In this document: in pieces, positions 13,801 through 24,772 of the stretch
Layout of the letters: each line of letters opens with the position of its first letter
Position numbering within the stretch: position 1 is the stretch's first letter
Source of the DNA: Trichodelitschia bisporula
Lineage: Eukaryota
Assembly: GCA_010356995.1 (NCBI GenBank)
Contig: ML996692.1
Span: 879,933 to 943,932, forward strand
Direction of reading: 5' to 3'
Length of the DNA stretch: 64,000 bases
The notes under the pieces: generated by a model
What the model was told of the DNA's origin: nothing
Database searches by the model: none
The model's input: only the letters and a program-made list of their open reading frames with translations
Translations under genes and position numbers: made by a program

Positions 13801-15144
13801 TTTTTCTTCTCTATTGCTCTCATCTTATGGTTTCAACTCATCGCCCCCCAGCTGCCTTCATATCCTATCAGTATTCCAGAAGCGAACCTCTGCATACATC
13901 CCCATGAACGGCAATCCCTGTAACGGGGGTCCCAGGCCCTCGAGCCACCATCTGTGAAGATGACGTGGAAAGGGGATTGGGGGAGCCGGGAACCAGAGTG
14001 AGAGAGAAACACGAAGGCGTTAAAGGAAGGGAAGGAAGAGGTGATGCTAGGGGACGGTGCCCAGATTAATCTTCGGCTCCAGCTGTGTACCTGGCTCAAC
14101 ACCTGGGTTCAGTGTTGGCGGGTAACCTGCCCGATGAGAGCATTTATATTGCCTGCTGCTCGCTTCATTTCGCGTGGCAATCATCGCTATGGCTATTGTT
14201 CCTGCGAGTGTCACCAAGACGTTCCTGTGAACCTGGGAGCATGTGTCGCTCGAACTCGTGGATGCACTTTAGACCTGGAACGAACTGCGCCATGACAACG
14301 CGGGTTGCAGCGCCTGGTTCTGACATGTGCTTATCTATCGCGCAGGTGTGCTAAGCAGCTCGTGGGATGTGCATACGAAGCCTCCCCGGTTGCACTTCAC
14401 CGTCTGGAAACTGTGGCGACGAGATGCTTGTAGTTGGAATGGGGGGGGGATGTAGGCAGGTCGTCAAGATGGCGCAGAAGCACGACCGTAGTGGCCGCTC
14501 TCCGCTGTTGGCCGTGCGGCGGCGGGCGCATGTCCGTAAGGGCCTAAAAACCCTCGGAAGCGCGCTTGAGTTGCTTTTGCGGGCGGCTGTTTGGCCGCTT
14601 GAAATCGTCCAAAACAAAAACTCCCACAGTCGGCGATGTGGTTGGTCCGAGCGGCAGTATTACTGGAACCTCAACTTTGGACATCAGCAACACGAAGCAT
14701 CAACAGTCAACACCAGGAACTGCCCACCACCGTAGGCCCAAATATGTTGAAAAGATCATAAAACGGTATCCTACGCAGCAAGCCTCGACACATGCGTCAT
14801 TCGACGGCCCCAGACAGCAAAAAAAAAACCCGAGTCTCGGAACTACGATTCATGTATCTCATACTTGCGCCCTGCTGCTACAACCTACCCTCGTCACTTC
14901 TCGGCTGATTTACTACCGCACGCACCATCTGAGATTGTCCACGAACTGCACACGGTATCCCCTAACCATCCAAGGCCACCCGGGACGCAAAAAGGCACCA
15001 TTCCCTCGGGCCCAGGTCCGCAACTCCGTCCCCCACCCGGCCGGCGAGTAAGTGAAGCACTTTGTGGTGTGTATGTGCAGCGTCGCCATACCGGCCTATA
15101 CCTTGAGGCACATCGTCCCATAAACCGTCCCCCAGCAAAAAGCC

Positions 15145-16509
15145 ATGTCGGTCGATATCAACTGGGAAACTCTGACCGAAGGGCCTGATGGCCTCCGCCT
15201 CGCCGAGGCTGTGCGGGCCTTTGTGCATTCGAAGTTTCAGTCCGTGCCACTGCCGCGTTTTATCCGCTCCGTGCAGGTACGCGCCTTCGACTTCGGCAAC
15301 GTGTCGCCGGAGGTTGAGATCAAGGACGTCTGCGACCCCCTGCCGGACTTTTACGATGAGGTTGATTACACCGACTCTGAATCAGATGGCGACAGCAACG
15401 GTAGCCGTGACGACAATGTTGCATCCGGACTGCGCGATGGATCACCAGCCCCTCGAGGTACTTCGGCGTCGGCAGCCGCGTCTGCACAGCCGCCAGGCGA
15501 GACAAGCGCGGCTCATCAACATCACCATCAACAGCACCACGACCCTGTGTCGCACCATCTCCACCATCGCGGATCCCACCCACCCGAATCTCACCCTACG
15601 TCACCTCTGCACCCCCAGCGTGCAGGAATTCCAGGTGGCACCTCCAACCTGAACTATTTTCATCTCCCACTCGGCGGTCTCTCTGGTGCCGCGACCCCTC
15701 TTGCGGCTGTCGCTGGCGCGCATTTTCCCGGGCATGGCCATAATGGCTGGGGAGATGTAAACGTTTCCCATGGCCCATACGTGCTTCCCCAAACACCAGG
15801 AGCGCGACCTGTCCCAATCGGTCATGGCCAACCGACCACTCCGCCAAGTGCAATATCACTCACACCGCCGTCATCGGCAGATCCCTCCTCACGACCCCCC
15901 TCCCAGCATGCATCATCCGCTACAGGTGTACACACTGCGCGGACGCAGTCTAAGGATGGGAGTGGCGATCGACCTCCCTACTTCCCGTCTGAGCATGGTG
16001 CGCCGAGTCCACCGCGGATGTCGACGATGCGGGAGCAGAACCAAAGTCCTGAGGACATCCAAGTCGTCGCCCACGTGCGGTACGCAGGTGATCTACGGCT
16101 CTCGTTGACAGCGGAGATCCTGTTGGATTACCCGATGCCAAGTTTTGTGGGGATTCCACTGCAGCTCAATGTAACGGGCCTGACGTTTGATGGGGTTGCA
16201 CTGGTGGCGTTCGTCAAGAAACGTCGCCGGGCGCATCTCTGCTTCCTAGCCCCAGAGGACGCGGAGGCGGTTCTGGGCGGGGATGGACTTGATGATGAAG
16301 AGGATGAGGGTGAAGGAAGGAGGCCCGTGGGAGGGAAGATGGGCGGCTTGCTTGAGGAGATTCGCGTCGAGAGCGAGATTGGACAGCGCGAGAACGGCAA
16401 GCAAGTGTTGAAGAATGTCGGAAAGGTGGAGAAGTTTGTTTTGGAGCAAGTGCGACGCATCTTCGAGGACGAGTTTGTGTACCCCAGCTTCTGGACGTTC
16501 TTGGTCTGA
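15145..16509 (+). CDS. MDM12: Mitochondrial distribution and morphology protein 12 (ERMES subunit, SMP domain)
   Basis: 454-aa ORF with MSVDINWETL, LPRFIRSV, DVCDPLPDFY, ILLDYPMPSFVGIPL and VLKNVGKVEKFVLEQVRRIFEDEFVYPSFWTFLV. Confidence 0.96.
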   Translation: MSVDINWETLTEGPDGLRLAEAVRAFVHSKFQSVPLPRFIRSVQVRAFDFGNVSPEVEIKDVCDPLPDFYDEVDYTDSESDGDSNGSRDDNVASGLRDGSPAPRGTSASAAASAQPPGETSAAHQHHHQQHHDPVSHHLHHRGSHPPESHPTSPLHPQRAGIPGGTSNLNYFHLPLGGLSGAATPLAAVAGAHFPGHGHNGWGDVNVSHGPYVLPQTPGARPVPIGHGQPTTPPSAISLTPPSSADPSSRPPSQHASSATGVHTARTQSKDGSGDRPPYFPSEHGAPSPPRMSTMREQNQSPEDIQVVAHVRYAGDLRLSLTAEILLDYPMPSFVGIPLQLNVTGLTFDGVALVAFVKKRRRAHLCFLAPEDAEAVLGGDGLDDEEDEGEGRRPVGGKMGGLLEEIRVESEIGQRENGKQVLKNVGKVEKFVLEQVRRIFEDEFVYPSFWTFLV

Positions 16510-16983
16510 GGGGCGAGGCTGAAGCTCCAAATGTCTTTCCAGCCTATGGCGACTCCAGATGTGAAGGCCCTGTTTCTAAGTGGCGGATATCCTCCCAGTG
16601 ATCAGGGAGGTGGCTAGCGGTGCATAGGAAGAGCCATATTGCCAGCTACTGCCAAGGAGCCTTTCCTGTGCAACGCGACCAACGACTTCTCCCTTCAATC
16701 CACTTCAGACGTTGACGCCCCTTCGCGCTGTGCTACCAGCATGACATCTCCCGTGCTAATGGGTAGGTAGACGCCGTGCAGCAAAAGGAATTAACTCTCG
16801 CAGGCGCAAATTGCAATAGAACCTCGACGGGAAACTATCTTTGACAGTAACCGCAGCAAGCAACGGCATTGCGGCAAGCGACGTCAATCATTCTGGATCC
16901 TCCGGCTTTCTTCGAGCTTCTCCCCCGCCTTGCGTCACCGTGCCACGGCATGCGGCAAGGTTGCACGCGTACAGAGAAAATGG

Positions 16984-17706
16984 ATGACGGCTCGCAACGG
17001 CAGCGGCACAGCAGCACCATCGACGGCAACAGAAGCAACGGCGGCAGATACTGCACAGTGGCGTGTGATAGGCGCGGTGATTTTGTCTTCGCTTTCTTTC
17101 CTACCCCTCGCGCCGCGCCGACAGGCTTGTACTCCAACGTTGCATCTGACTGTCGTTCTGTAACACGATAGTCACCATTTTTTTCGAGGACTTGTGCGAC
17201 GGCTACCGTCTGGCTCGCGTGGCTTTGCTTCAGTTTGGCGCAGCTAGGTTGATTTTGACATTACTTATTATTTCAATTACATCCGATCCCTCTGTTGATT
17301 TGTGGTGTGCAGTGCATGGGGTCGAGTCGGCTATGTGCTGGCCTGGTACAAATTCCCGTGTGGTCTACCGGAACCTTCCCCGTGGGGTTTTGCCCCTTTG
17401 GAACTGTTTGCTGGTCTCGTGAGCGGGCCGCGGGTTGGGGGATTTGTGTTGCAGATGAATGGCTGCCGTAGCTCCGTCATGCCGCTCTCCCCGGCACCCG
17501 CTTCACTTCTGTTGTTCCCATGCACTATTTGTTTGTCTACTGTTGGGGCGGCAATGGACTCGGAACTCCGGAGATTTGAAAAACACAATGGGATACCATT
17601 GCCGTTTTTGGAGTCTGTCTTCTCACCTTGCTCGTTGGGAATTGGACAGGTCGGGTACCGGACGTTGCATTTGGCCTTCATGGTTTGGCTAGTCGGTCGG
17701 GAGAAG
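16984..17706 (+). ncRNA. Structured RNA resembling the telomerase RNA pseudoknot and P5/P6/P6.1 junction (true ends unknown)
   Basis: Nested long-range stems with G-U pairs on the + strand, an H-type pseudoknot with U-rich loop and A-rich strand, and an A-UGGU-UUG-GCUA-G P6.1-like hairpin in a three-way junction. No convincing ORF. Template not located nearby (see findings). Confidence 0.55.
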
Positions 17707-19302
17707 CTATAATGACACAACTCTCTTCACCAGGTCCTTATTGATTTGGATATCAATCCGGTGATGAGTCGGCTATTGGCACGTAGCGCCGTGGGAAGCT
17801 GCAAGCAGAAGACAATGGCCCTACGCCTTGACGTTGAAAACTGTGGGTAATCGAAGCCGGGAAGTTAGTTCTAGGCTTTGAGGGCTGAAGAAGGCAAACG
17901 GCTAGCAGCATCTAATCCTCTCTCCGGCTAGGGTAATTGGCTTAAAGCCGCGCCAGCGCGGATTACGTACGTGTCTCTGCATGGTGAAGTGGTCATTTTG
18001 TGATTTGGTACTCTGTCGCTGTCACTTCCTACGAGACAAAGAAATATTGTGGCCTCCGACAACATCCACTCCCAATGCCTTCTACCTCCGAACGGCGTGA
18101 GCTTCTCCACGACACAATATTTGAGCTCACCCTAGTCACAATCAGACTACCTCCGCGACGGGAGTCAATTCCACCGATACCATATAGACCTTGACTCCCT
18201 GACACACATCACAGAATCCGCCCGCACCTACCAACTTCCCTTTCGGTGGAAAGGCGTCTCTCGCCGCACGTCTGCATGTCCAGCCTTACCCCGCTTGCGA
18301 CCCCACTGCGCAGCGGGCTGGTTGTTCCGTCAACGCTGTCCCAGATCATGGCGGAGGGTAACAGGCCATATTTGACGCGCATAATTGCCTCAGGCGGTCG
18401 GCCGCTGTGACGTCGTTTACAGGCGGGTGCAACTGTTGACAGCCGCCAAGTAGTAGTGCATATATGGCAGGGTACCGGTAGTCAAACAGAGCTGTGCGCA
18501 TCCTTTGGCGGGTGGTTAGTGGTGACGCGGTTCAGGTGAAGTGAAATATAAGCGGCATTGGCGTTGCCGCGAGCCGCTAGACACTGCGATGCCTCCCTAC
18601 CCTAACGGTTAGCCTAACGGTGTTCCTGTGAACGTCAACCTCGCGCTCGGCTAATGCAGTGAAGTCGGACGTCGACGGATCGAGGAGCAGCTACGACATG
18701 CAGTCCCTGCCAAGAGGAGCCTATTCAGTCGATGTGCATGTCGAATATCTCCCGTCATCCCCTCGATTGTTCAGTGAGCCCATGCAAGCTGGCAACGATG
18801 ATTCGTGGAGCCATGGTATACAGGAGTCAGTCATCACATGACGAGTGCGCCATGATAGGGCGGGAGAGTGACGTCTGAGGAGCGCCCAAGGGCTTAGCGA
18901 AAAGTCGTGACCGCCTCTGCGAAAGTCTTTGCCCACATGTTAAGCAAAAGTTCTTAGTAGGAGTCGGCTAGAACTCCACAACTTTCTAGGGGGCGCTCAT
19001 GACTTTTTCACCCAGCCCTTGGCCCACGCCACGTCCGCCAACCCGCATTCCAAGTTTCGAGGCAGATCCACTGCGATCCGATCTCCGCTCCCCGCAACTT
19101 TCACCATTGCAACACCTGCGATGCTCCACCGCCTCTGCTGTCCGCGCGACGCGCCTTCCGACCCGACGATAACTGCACAGGCCACGGGTCCGACACCGGA
19201 CGCGTGATAACGAGAATCGGATCTAGCGCGGGAGCGTACACAACGCAAGGAGGCGAACACTGACAGCGAAACGCGAACCTAGCTACCGACCGGTACCGCA
19301 CC

Positions 19303-20043
19303 ATGGTGCTAGAGCTCCTCGCTCTAACGGGACTGCCCGTGGCGATCGCAACGGTGGAGGGCGTCCGGTATCATAACGAAAAAGAGGCGGAAAAGGAGGA
19401 CGCGGTGCGCATGCGTGATTTTCACATCGACGTGTACTGCAGCTCGACGTCGCGGAAACGGAACGAGGTGCATAATACGATGGTGGTTCTAAGTGGCAAG
19501 AAGGTATGTCAGTGGGTAGGCGGGGGCGCTTGCCTGGTCCTTGCTGATCGTGTGCAGCTGTATCTTGCACGCAAAGACAGCGAAACGGAAATGCCCCTTA
19601 GTGCTGATCCCGCTAGTCCACCGCCGCATCCATTCACTGGCTTCTTCCTCGACCATTACCCGGAGGGGGCAGCCCGCAGTGATAGCATGTTTACCCGGCT
19701 AAATCGGGCGGAGAAGATTCGCGGTCTTGTCAGCACCATCTCCGACCATCCGCCGACGCTAAACTGGGTGTACGTTGATCGTCAGACACTGGAGCTGAAG
19801 TACGGAAACCGAGACGACGTTGAGGGGCACATTGTCGGCCCATGGGACTGGACCGAGGATGAAGTCGGCCTGACATTTGAAGGTTGGGAAGGGTTCGTGG
19901 CTGTTGAGGAGCAGAAGGGCATCTGGGCCGTGTATTTTGATCGTGACGACGATAGGCTCAAGGGGGTTGTTAGTGGGAAGAGGGTGTTGCCATGCAGTCT
20001 GGAGAGGCGACTGCTAGATGATGAGGAGGTCGTTACCCGCTAG
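19303..20043 (+). CDS. Conserved fungal hypothetical protein (about 228 aa, hydrophobic N-terminus)
   Basis: Intron 19504..19557 (GTATGT...GCTGAT...CAG). Motifs HPFTGFF, GLVSTISDHPPTLNWVYVD, VGPWDWT and WEGFVAVEE. Confidence 0.85.
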   Translation: MVLELLALTGLPVAIATVEGVRYHNEKEAEKEDAVRMRDFHIDVYCSSTSRKRNEVHNTMVVLSGKKVCQWVGGGACLVLADRVQLYLARKDSETEMPLSADPASPPPHPFTGFFLDHYPEGAARSDSMFTRLNRAEKIRGLVSTISDHPPTLNWVYVDRQTLELKYGNRDDVEGHIVGPWDWTEDEVGLTFEGWEGFVAVEEQKGIWAVYFDRDDDRLKGVVSGKRVLPCSLERRLLDDEEVVTR

Positions 20044-20351
20044 GGTGACAGCTAACCTTGATGCTGAGATGTGCATCTGGGAGTTTTGGAGCCGAGGTCT
20101 TGATGTCTTCTACGAACTAAGGGAGAGAAGAATTGATTCCTCATCTTGGCTGCTGTGCATCAGCAAGTAAAGCAGACAATCTACGAAGATCAATCTTCGT
20201 CCAACATCTGTATCCCTAAAAGTGCAGTCCTCCTGCTCGAAGTGTACACAGCCGCTGCCTTGAGTATTCCTGGCCCAACAAAAATGAGGCAACACAGGCC
20301 TCTTCGTTCAACTGGGTCACGCTATGTGAAAGGCAAAAAGGTAAAATAAAG

Positions 20352-20445
20352 TGCGGCTTACCCGGATCGAACGGGTGACCTTCAGATGCTCTGATGACCG
20401 AAGTTCAACTTCAGTCTGACGCTCTCCCAACTGAGCTAAAGCCGC
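20352..20445 (-). tRNA. tRNA-Phe(GAA) with 21-nt intron (20388..20408)
   Basis: GCGGCTTTAGCTCAGTTGGGAGAGCGTCAGACTGAAG-[intron]-ATCTGAAGGTCACCCGTTCGATCCGGGTAAGCCGCA. The cloverleaf closes, the intron follows position 37, and a T-rich Pol III terminator (TTTATTTT) follows. Confidence 0.97.
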
Positions 20446-21676
20446 TACCTTGGATAAAAGGCTGCATTGGATCATAGGCTATGACAACAAAACTTTTTGT
20501 CACGAAACAATTTCAATGGCACGAACCGACAAGGCTGAGGAATGACCTTGGCAATGGAGAGGGGAGCTGTCGGAGGCAGTTCGACGCCAGGGGTCAATTG
20601 GTAGGCTGGAAAAACATGACAAGATCCGCAGAGGTGAGTATCGAAGTTATCAAAGACTTCACTCTATGCCGGTGGTGTGGAGCCAGGGACCATGTGCTTT
20701 CTGAAGCCATGGTTAAAGGTCTCTACGAATGTAGTCTGAGCGACTCAAAATCCTCTTTGGGAAAGGCTGGAGCAAGTGGAGAGAGAACTACCTGAACTTG
20801 ACCAGGGACTTTGAGGCCTCTGAGGAGGTGCGAAGGGAAATCCCGTAAGTATCAAGAATATCTCATGAGGAAAAGCCAACAGGTATCCATCTTATTTATA
20901 TATGCCACGCTCCACACTGCATTGCCGGAGAAGCCAACATATTTGCTGATGCATTCAGCAGTGCAAAGGGCCATTTGAGAATCTTGGTGCAGGCCCATCT
21001 CTGAGGTCCAAGCGCCTACCGCTTCATCCGCGTCTTATGCGGCCAAGCTGCAGTGGAAGCGGCATGGAAGCCTTCGCGACTGAGTCTGAGCGCAAAAGAG
21101 AAACTTTAAGACAGGTTGATGACGTGGGTTGGGAGAACGTCGTTTTCCGCAGACTTTCTTCAAGGCCCAGATAACTGTGAGATGCGATATTTGCTGCGCG
21201 TACCCGATTCAGTCTGGTCTTGACGGTATCGTGACGACGGTGCTTTGTAAGGATTGCAAGGCATGTAGGAGGAGGGGTAGGATTGGCCGATACGAATTAG
21301 CTAACCGTGCTGCAGACAGAGCTCCTTGTTGAGTGCTGCTGCGTGCATGATGTGGTGGGTGATGAACTGAGGTCCAAGGTATCGCTGGGCCGCGCCTGCA
21401 CCCGGTGAATCATGGCATGAGTGCCCCGCCACCTCTAGAACCGTCGAGATCGAACCACAACCACCACCCAACACCAGAAAACTCCAGAAAACACCCCCAG
21501 CCCTATCTCACCGGGCATCGGTCATTACACGCGCCAAATCGACTCACAGAGCGACAGAACAGCATTTACGGCACATTATTTGCCATCTCGTTGTCTCCCT
21601 CGCCAACGGGAACACGTCGACGTTTCCACACCGATCCACGCTCGCCCACCCACCACGGTACAGTCAACGTCTCACA

Positions 21677-22472
21677 ATGGCCGACAGCCAACTGCACGGC
21701 GCATGCTCTTGCGGCCGCAACATCTACGTGGTTGACGTACCACGCGCTTCTACACAACGTGCGCAGGTCCTCTTCGACAATAGCAGCCAAACCAGTACGT
21801 CATTCCCCATACCAGCAATGTCGCGCTTGCGTCTGCCCGAGTCCGGTCGCGGGGGCATCCCATATCTCATCTCGCTCTCGTGTCTAACAGTTTCCAGGAC
21901 GTCAGTTCGCATCACCGTTCACCGCATGGCTTCGTGTCCCCTTCTCGTGGTACCGTAGCACGACGTTCGCCTTCTTCCCTGACGAAACGCACCGGAGCAT
22001 CCGGCGCACATTTGTCTCACCATTTGAGTCCAACACTCGCCGCCAGTTCTGCGGGTACTGCGGTACGCAGCTGGCCCAGTGGGAAGATGTGGCTAACCCG
22101 GCTGACGAATACATCAATTTGACGCTGGGGTCACTGTTGGACGAAGATCTCGATTTACTTGAGGGCATGGGTCTTCTCCCAAGTTCTGATAATGAGGAAG
22201 AGGTGGAGCAGACCACACAGACCGTACGAAGCCCCCCTTCCCAGGTGGTCGCTCCCCGGGGCGCACCATGGTTCGAGTCAATGGTCAGGGATTCGAGACT
22301 GGGCAAGTTCAAGCGTTCTAGGGGCGGGCACACGTCTCGCGATGGTTCCGTCAAGGTGGCGTGGGAGGTCGTCGAGTGGACTGGAGAAGACGACAACGAG
22401 TCGAGCAACGGCGGAAAGAGGAAGTTCAATGAGGCGGAGGAGGGAGCTTCGGATGTTCATATGCGTGGTTGA
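21677..22472 (+). CDS. GFA/CENP-V (Mss4-like) zinc-binding domain protein (about 230 aa)
   Basis: Exons 21677..21794 and 21898..22472 (GTACGT...CTAAC...CAG). LHGACSCG at the N-terminus; RRQFCGYCGTQL and INLTLGSL later. Confidence 0.85.
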
Positions 22473-24772
22473 TCTTCGGTAACAACAGGTTTAGGCTACA
22501 TGACCAGGCCGCGGTTATCAGAAGGCTAAAAGCAGTCGCGATTCTTGGTTTGTGAGTTCATGGAAGGCCATTGAAGGCGCTCGTCAGGATGATAGACTAT
22601 AGGTGTTCTTGTTCACGACTTCTTTTGTATGATACTCGTTATGAATTTACAGCGTTAGCAGTCTATGAAAAGATATTATGCCCACGATCCTGCGGCTCAG
22701 CAGCTTCTGGTAGAGATGCCGGAAGGTGGTACGTCACCTAACCTCGGACGTGCTGTTTACCGGTCTGGGAAGACCAGACCCGCTTTCAATGCGCTCGCCT
22801 AGCATACAATGACGACGGACCATATCTTCGACCGATTCAACTGGTGACAGCACGCCTGGCTGTCCCAGATGCTACATGGAGAGGTCAGAATTTGGCCTTC
22901 CATGGCTTCAGAGTGGTATATGTTCAATGCCGCCGCTTTGCGACAAGCTCTGACGATTCATGTCCAAGGTGATATTCGGGCTCAACTCATCCTACCATGT
23001 CATATTTAAGGTGATCGCTACCGTGTACATACAGGCAACCACATATAGACAAAGAAGATAAAAGAAAAGCGTGAGCAGTGTCCGAAATACGCAACGTCCA
23101 CTATGATCCCAGCAGCAATGTGGGAAGCCGGAGACCAGTTAAGAAGTCTAAGGAGAGATGGCAGGCTATCGTTACTTGCCCTATCTAGACAGAAGTGGTA
23201 TGAGTGACAAGACTTCTCGGCTCAGAGTTGGCGGATTTGTTTAGTGTTCTTGATGCGATGTGGATCGTGCCCCGCTAAGCGGAACGATCTACGGATTAAT
23301 GTGTCATCCTTACCATAGAGTGGATATTTAGTGCTACGGAGCGGCCGACCACGGAATTCGGCTCGAGGACGAAGACCTGCAGGCTGCTGCTTTCGATATA
23401 TTCCACCTCAAATCCGATCGCGTGATCATGTGATGTCGTGATGGAACAGTGTGTGAGCTTCGGCTCAAATTATGCTCCTTTGTTTCACTAGTAGAGAATG
23501 GTGACTGCATGTAGTCTCCTATCGATCCCAGCGGTGAGGCGGGAACTTATGCTGCAAAGTACGACCCAGACGCGGAATGTCTAGACTATTCTTTGTGAAG
23601 AAGTTCAAGTGCTGTTCAGGGAGGCGTACGAGAATTAAGCGGCGCGTTGCGTCCCTCACAATTTTCGAGAAACCCTTGCGATGGTCATCTGCTCTTAGGC
23701 TCGACTGCGAAGATCAGCCTGCAGCTATCAAGGCGTCCATGAGGAGATACGGATTACTATCGTCACCCTAACCCAGCCGTCAGATTGCCCGTCGACTGAT
23801 ATCTCAGAGACTCTTCGCAAAGGCAGGCAATTCGTGTCCAAGTGCAAACACCCGGCAGACGCTCGGCAGTCATCAAAGAGTCGCAGCAGCCGACAAAGTC
23901 ACATCGGCGGGGCGCTCAGTCAACACGACCGGTCAAAGAAATTCTCGTGTCGTCGTTGTACTGCAGTACCGCGTCGGGCAGCGTGCGGCCCCTGCATATC
24001 GGAACCAAGCCGACTCGGGCCCCCTTTTCGTTGGTCCCCTGCGCCAAATCTGCCGGACATCCTGGGCGATGGCTATTTTCGGGAATAATGTCGAGACGTT
24101 CCCGTATCTGTGGCTTGCGGGGGCCGAGAACATGATGAGGGGCGTGCGAACATTATCACAGTTTTAAGCACAGTGCCGGTAGTTTTAGAGTACAACAGAA
24201 CGACTCAGTATGTCGATGGATATGTGCTCGGACTCCTCGACGGTCAATCGTTCCTGACGCTCACAGTAGCACCGAGTAGAATTGGCCTTCCCAATCTTGC
24301 CTCAATGCTCCCTTTCCCCACCATCGATGAACCTGCGCCTCAAGCTGAGATTAAACTCCCGCGCCATGACAGCCTCAGCCTCGTGGGTGGCTGTTAAAGT
24401 CTGCAAACAACGGCCACCAGCTGAGAGGCTGAGATGGGGAATTACCGCATTGCGTCTAGTCGCCGACCCACTCCCAAACGCCCCACACCCCACGGACCCC
24501 TCAGCCCAACTGGCCTAATCTGACGGACCCCTCGTCACGGGCCGTGCAATGCCTGCAAACCCACGTCGGAGGTCTGGTCAGCGGGATGGGCTTCGAATGC
24601 TGCGGCGGAGTGAGCTTTATTTCTCGTTATAAGAATCCGCCTTTCCCCGGTCTGCGGCGATATTCCTACTCCTACAACTCCAACTACATACGAATCTTCG
24701 GTCTTTTTACACACTCTCTTTAACTAACTTATCGCCTACGGGTTTAATCGATCGAACACCTTCACCTCCACA

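Noticed and set aside
17345..17597. RNase P/MRP interpretation (GGTACAAATTCCCGTG pairing with CACAATGGGATACC)
   Set aside because: Lacks the GAAAGUCCCC/GGGAAAUUC CR-I and GGGGCUUA-type CR-V consensus; the TER topology fits better.
17761..17888. Box C (GTGATGA) and box D (CTGA) pair
   Set aside because: No terminal stem and no recognisable rRNA guide.
18595..18606. CCCTACCCTAAC as telomerase template
   Set aside because: Lies 3' of the pseudoknot and junction (wrong order) and is better read as a branch point.
20540..20860. Coding-like fragments beside the tRNA
   Set aside because: No recognisable family, LTR or terminal repeats; cannot support a call.
23766..23775. ACCCTAACCC, the longest template-like match I noticed
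   Set aside because: About 6 kb downstream of the structured core, with no pseudoknot or junction seen after it.
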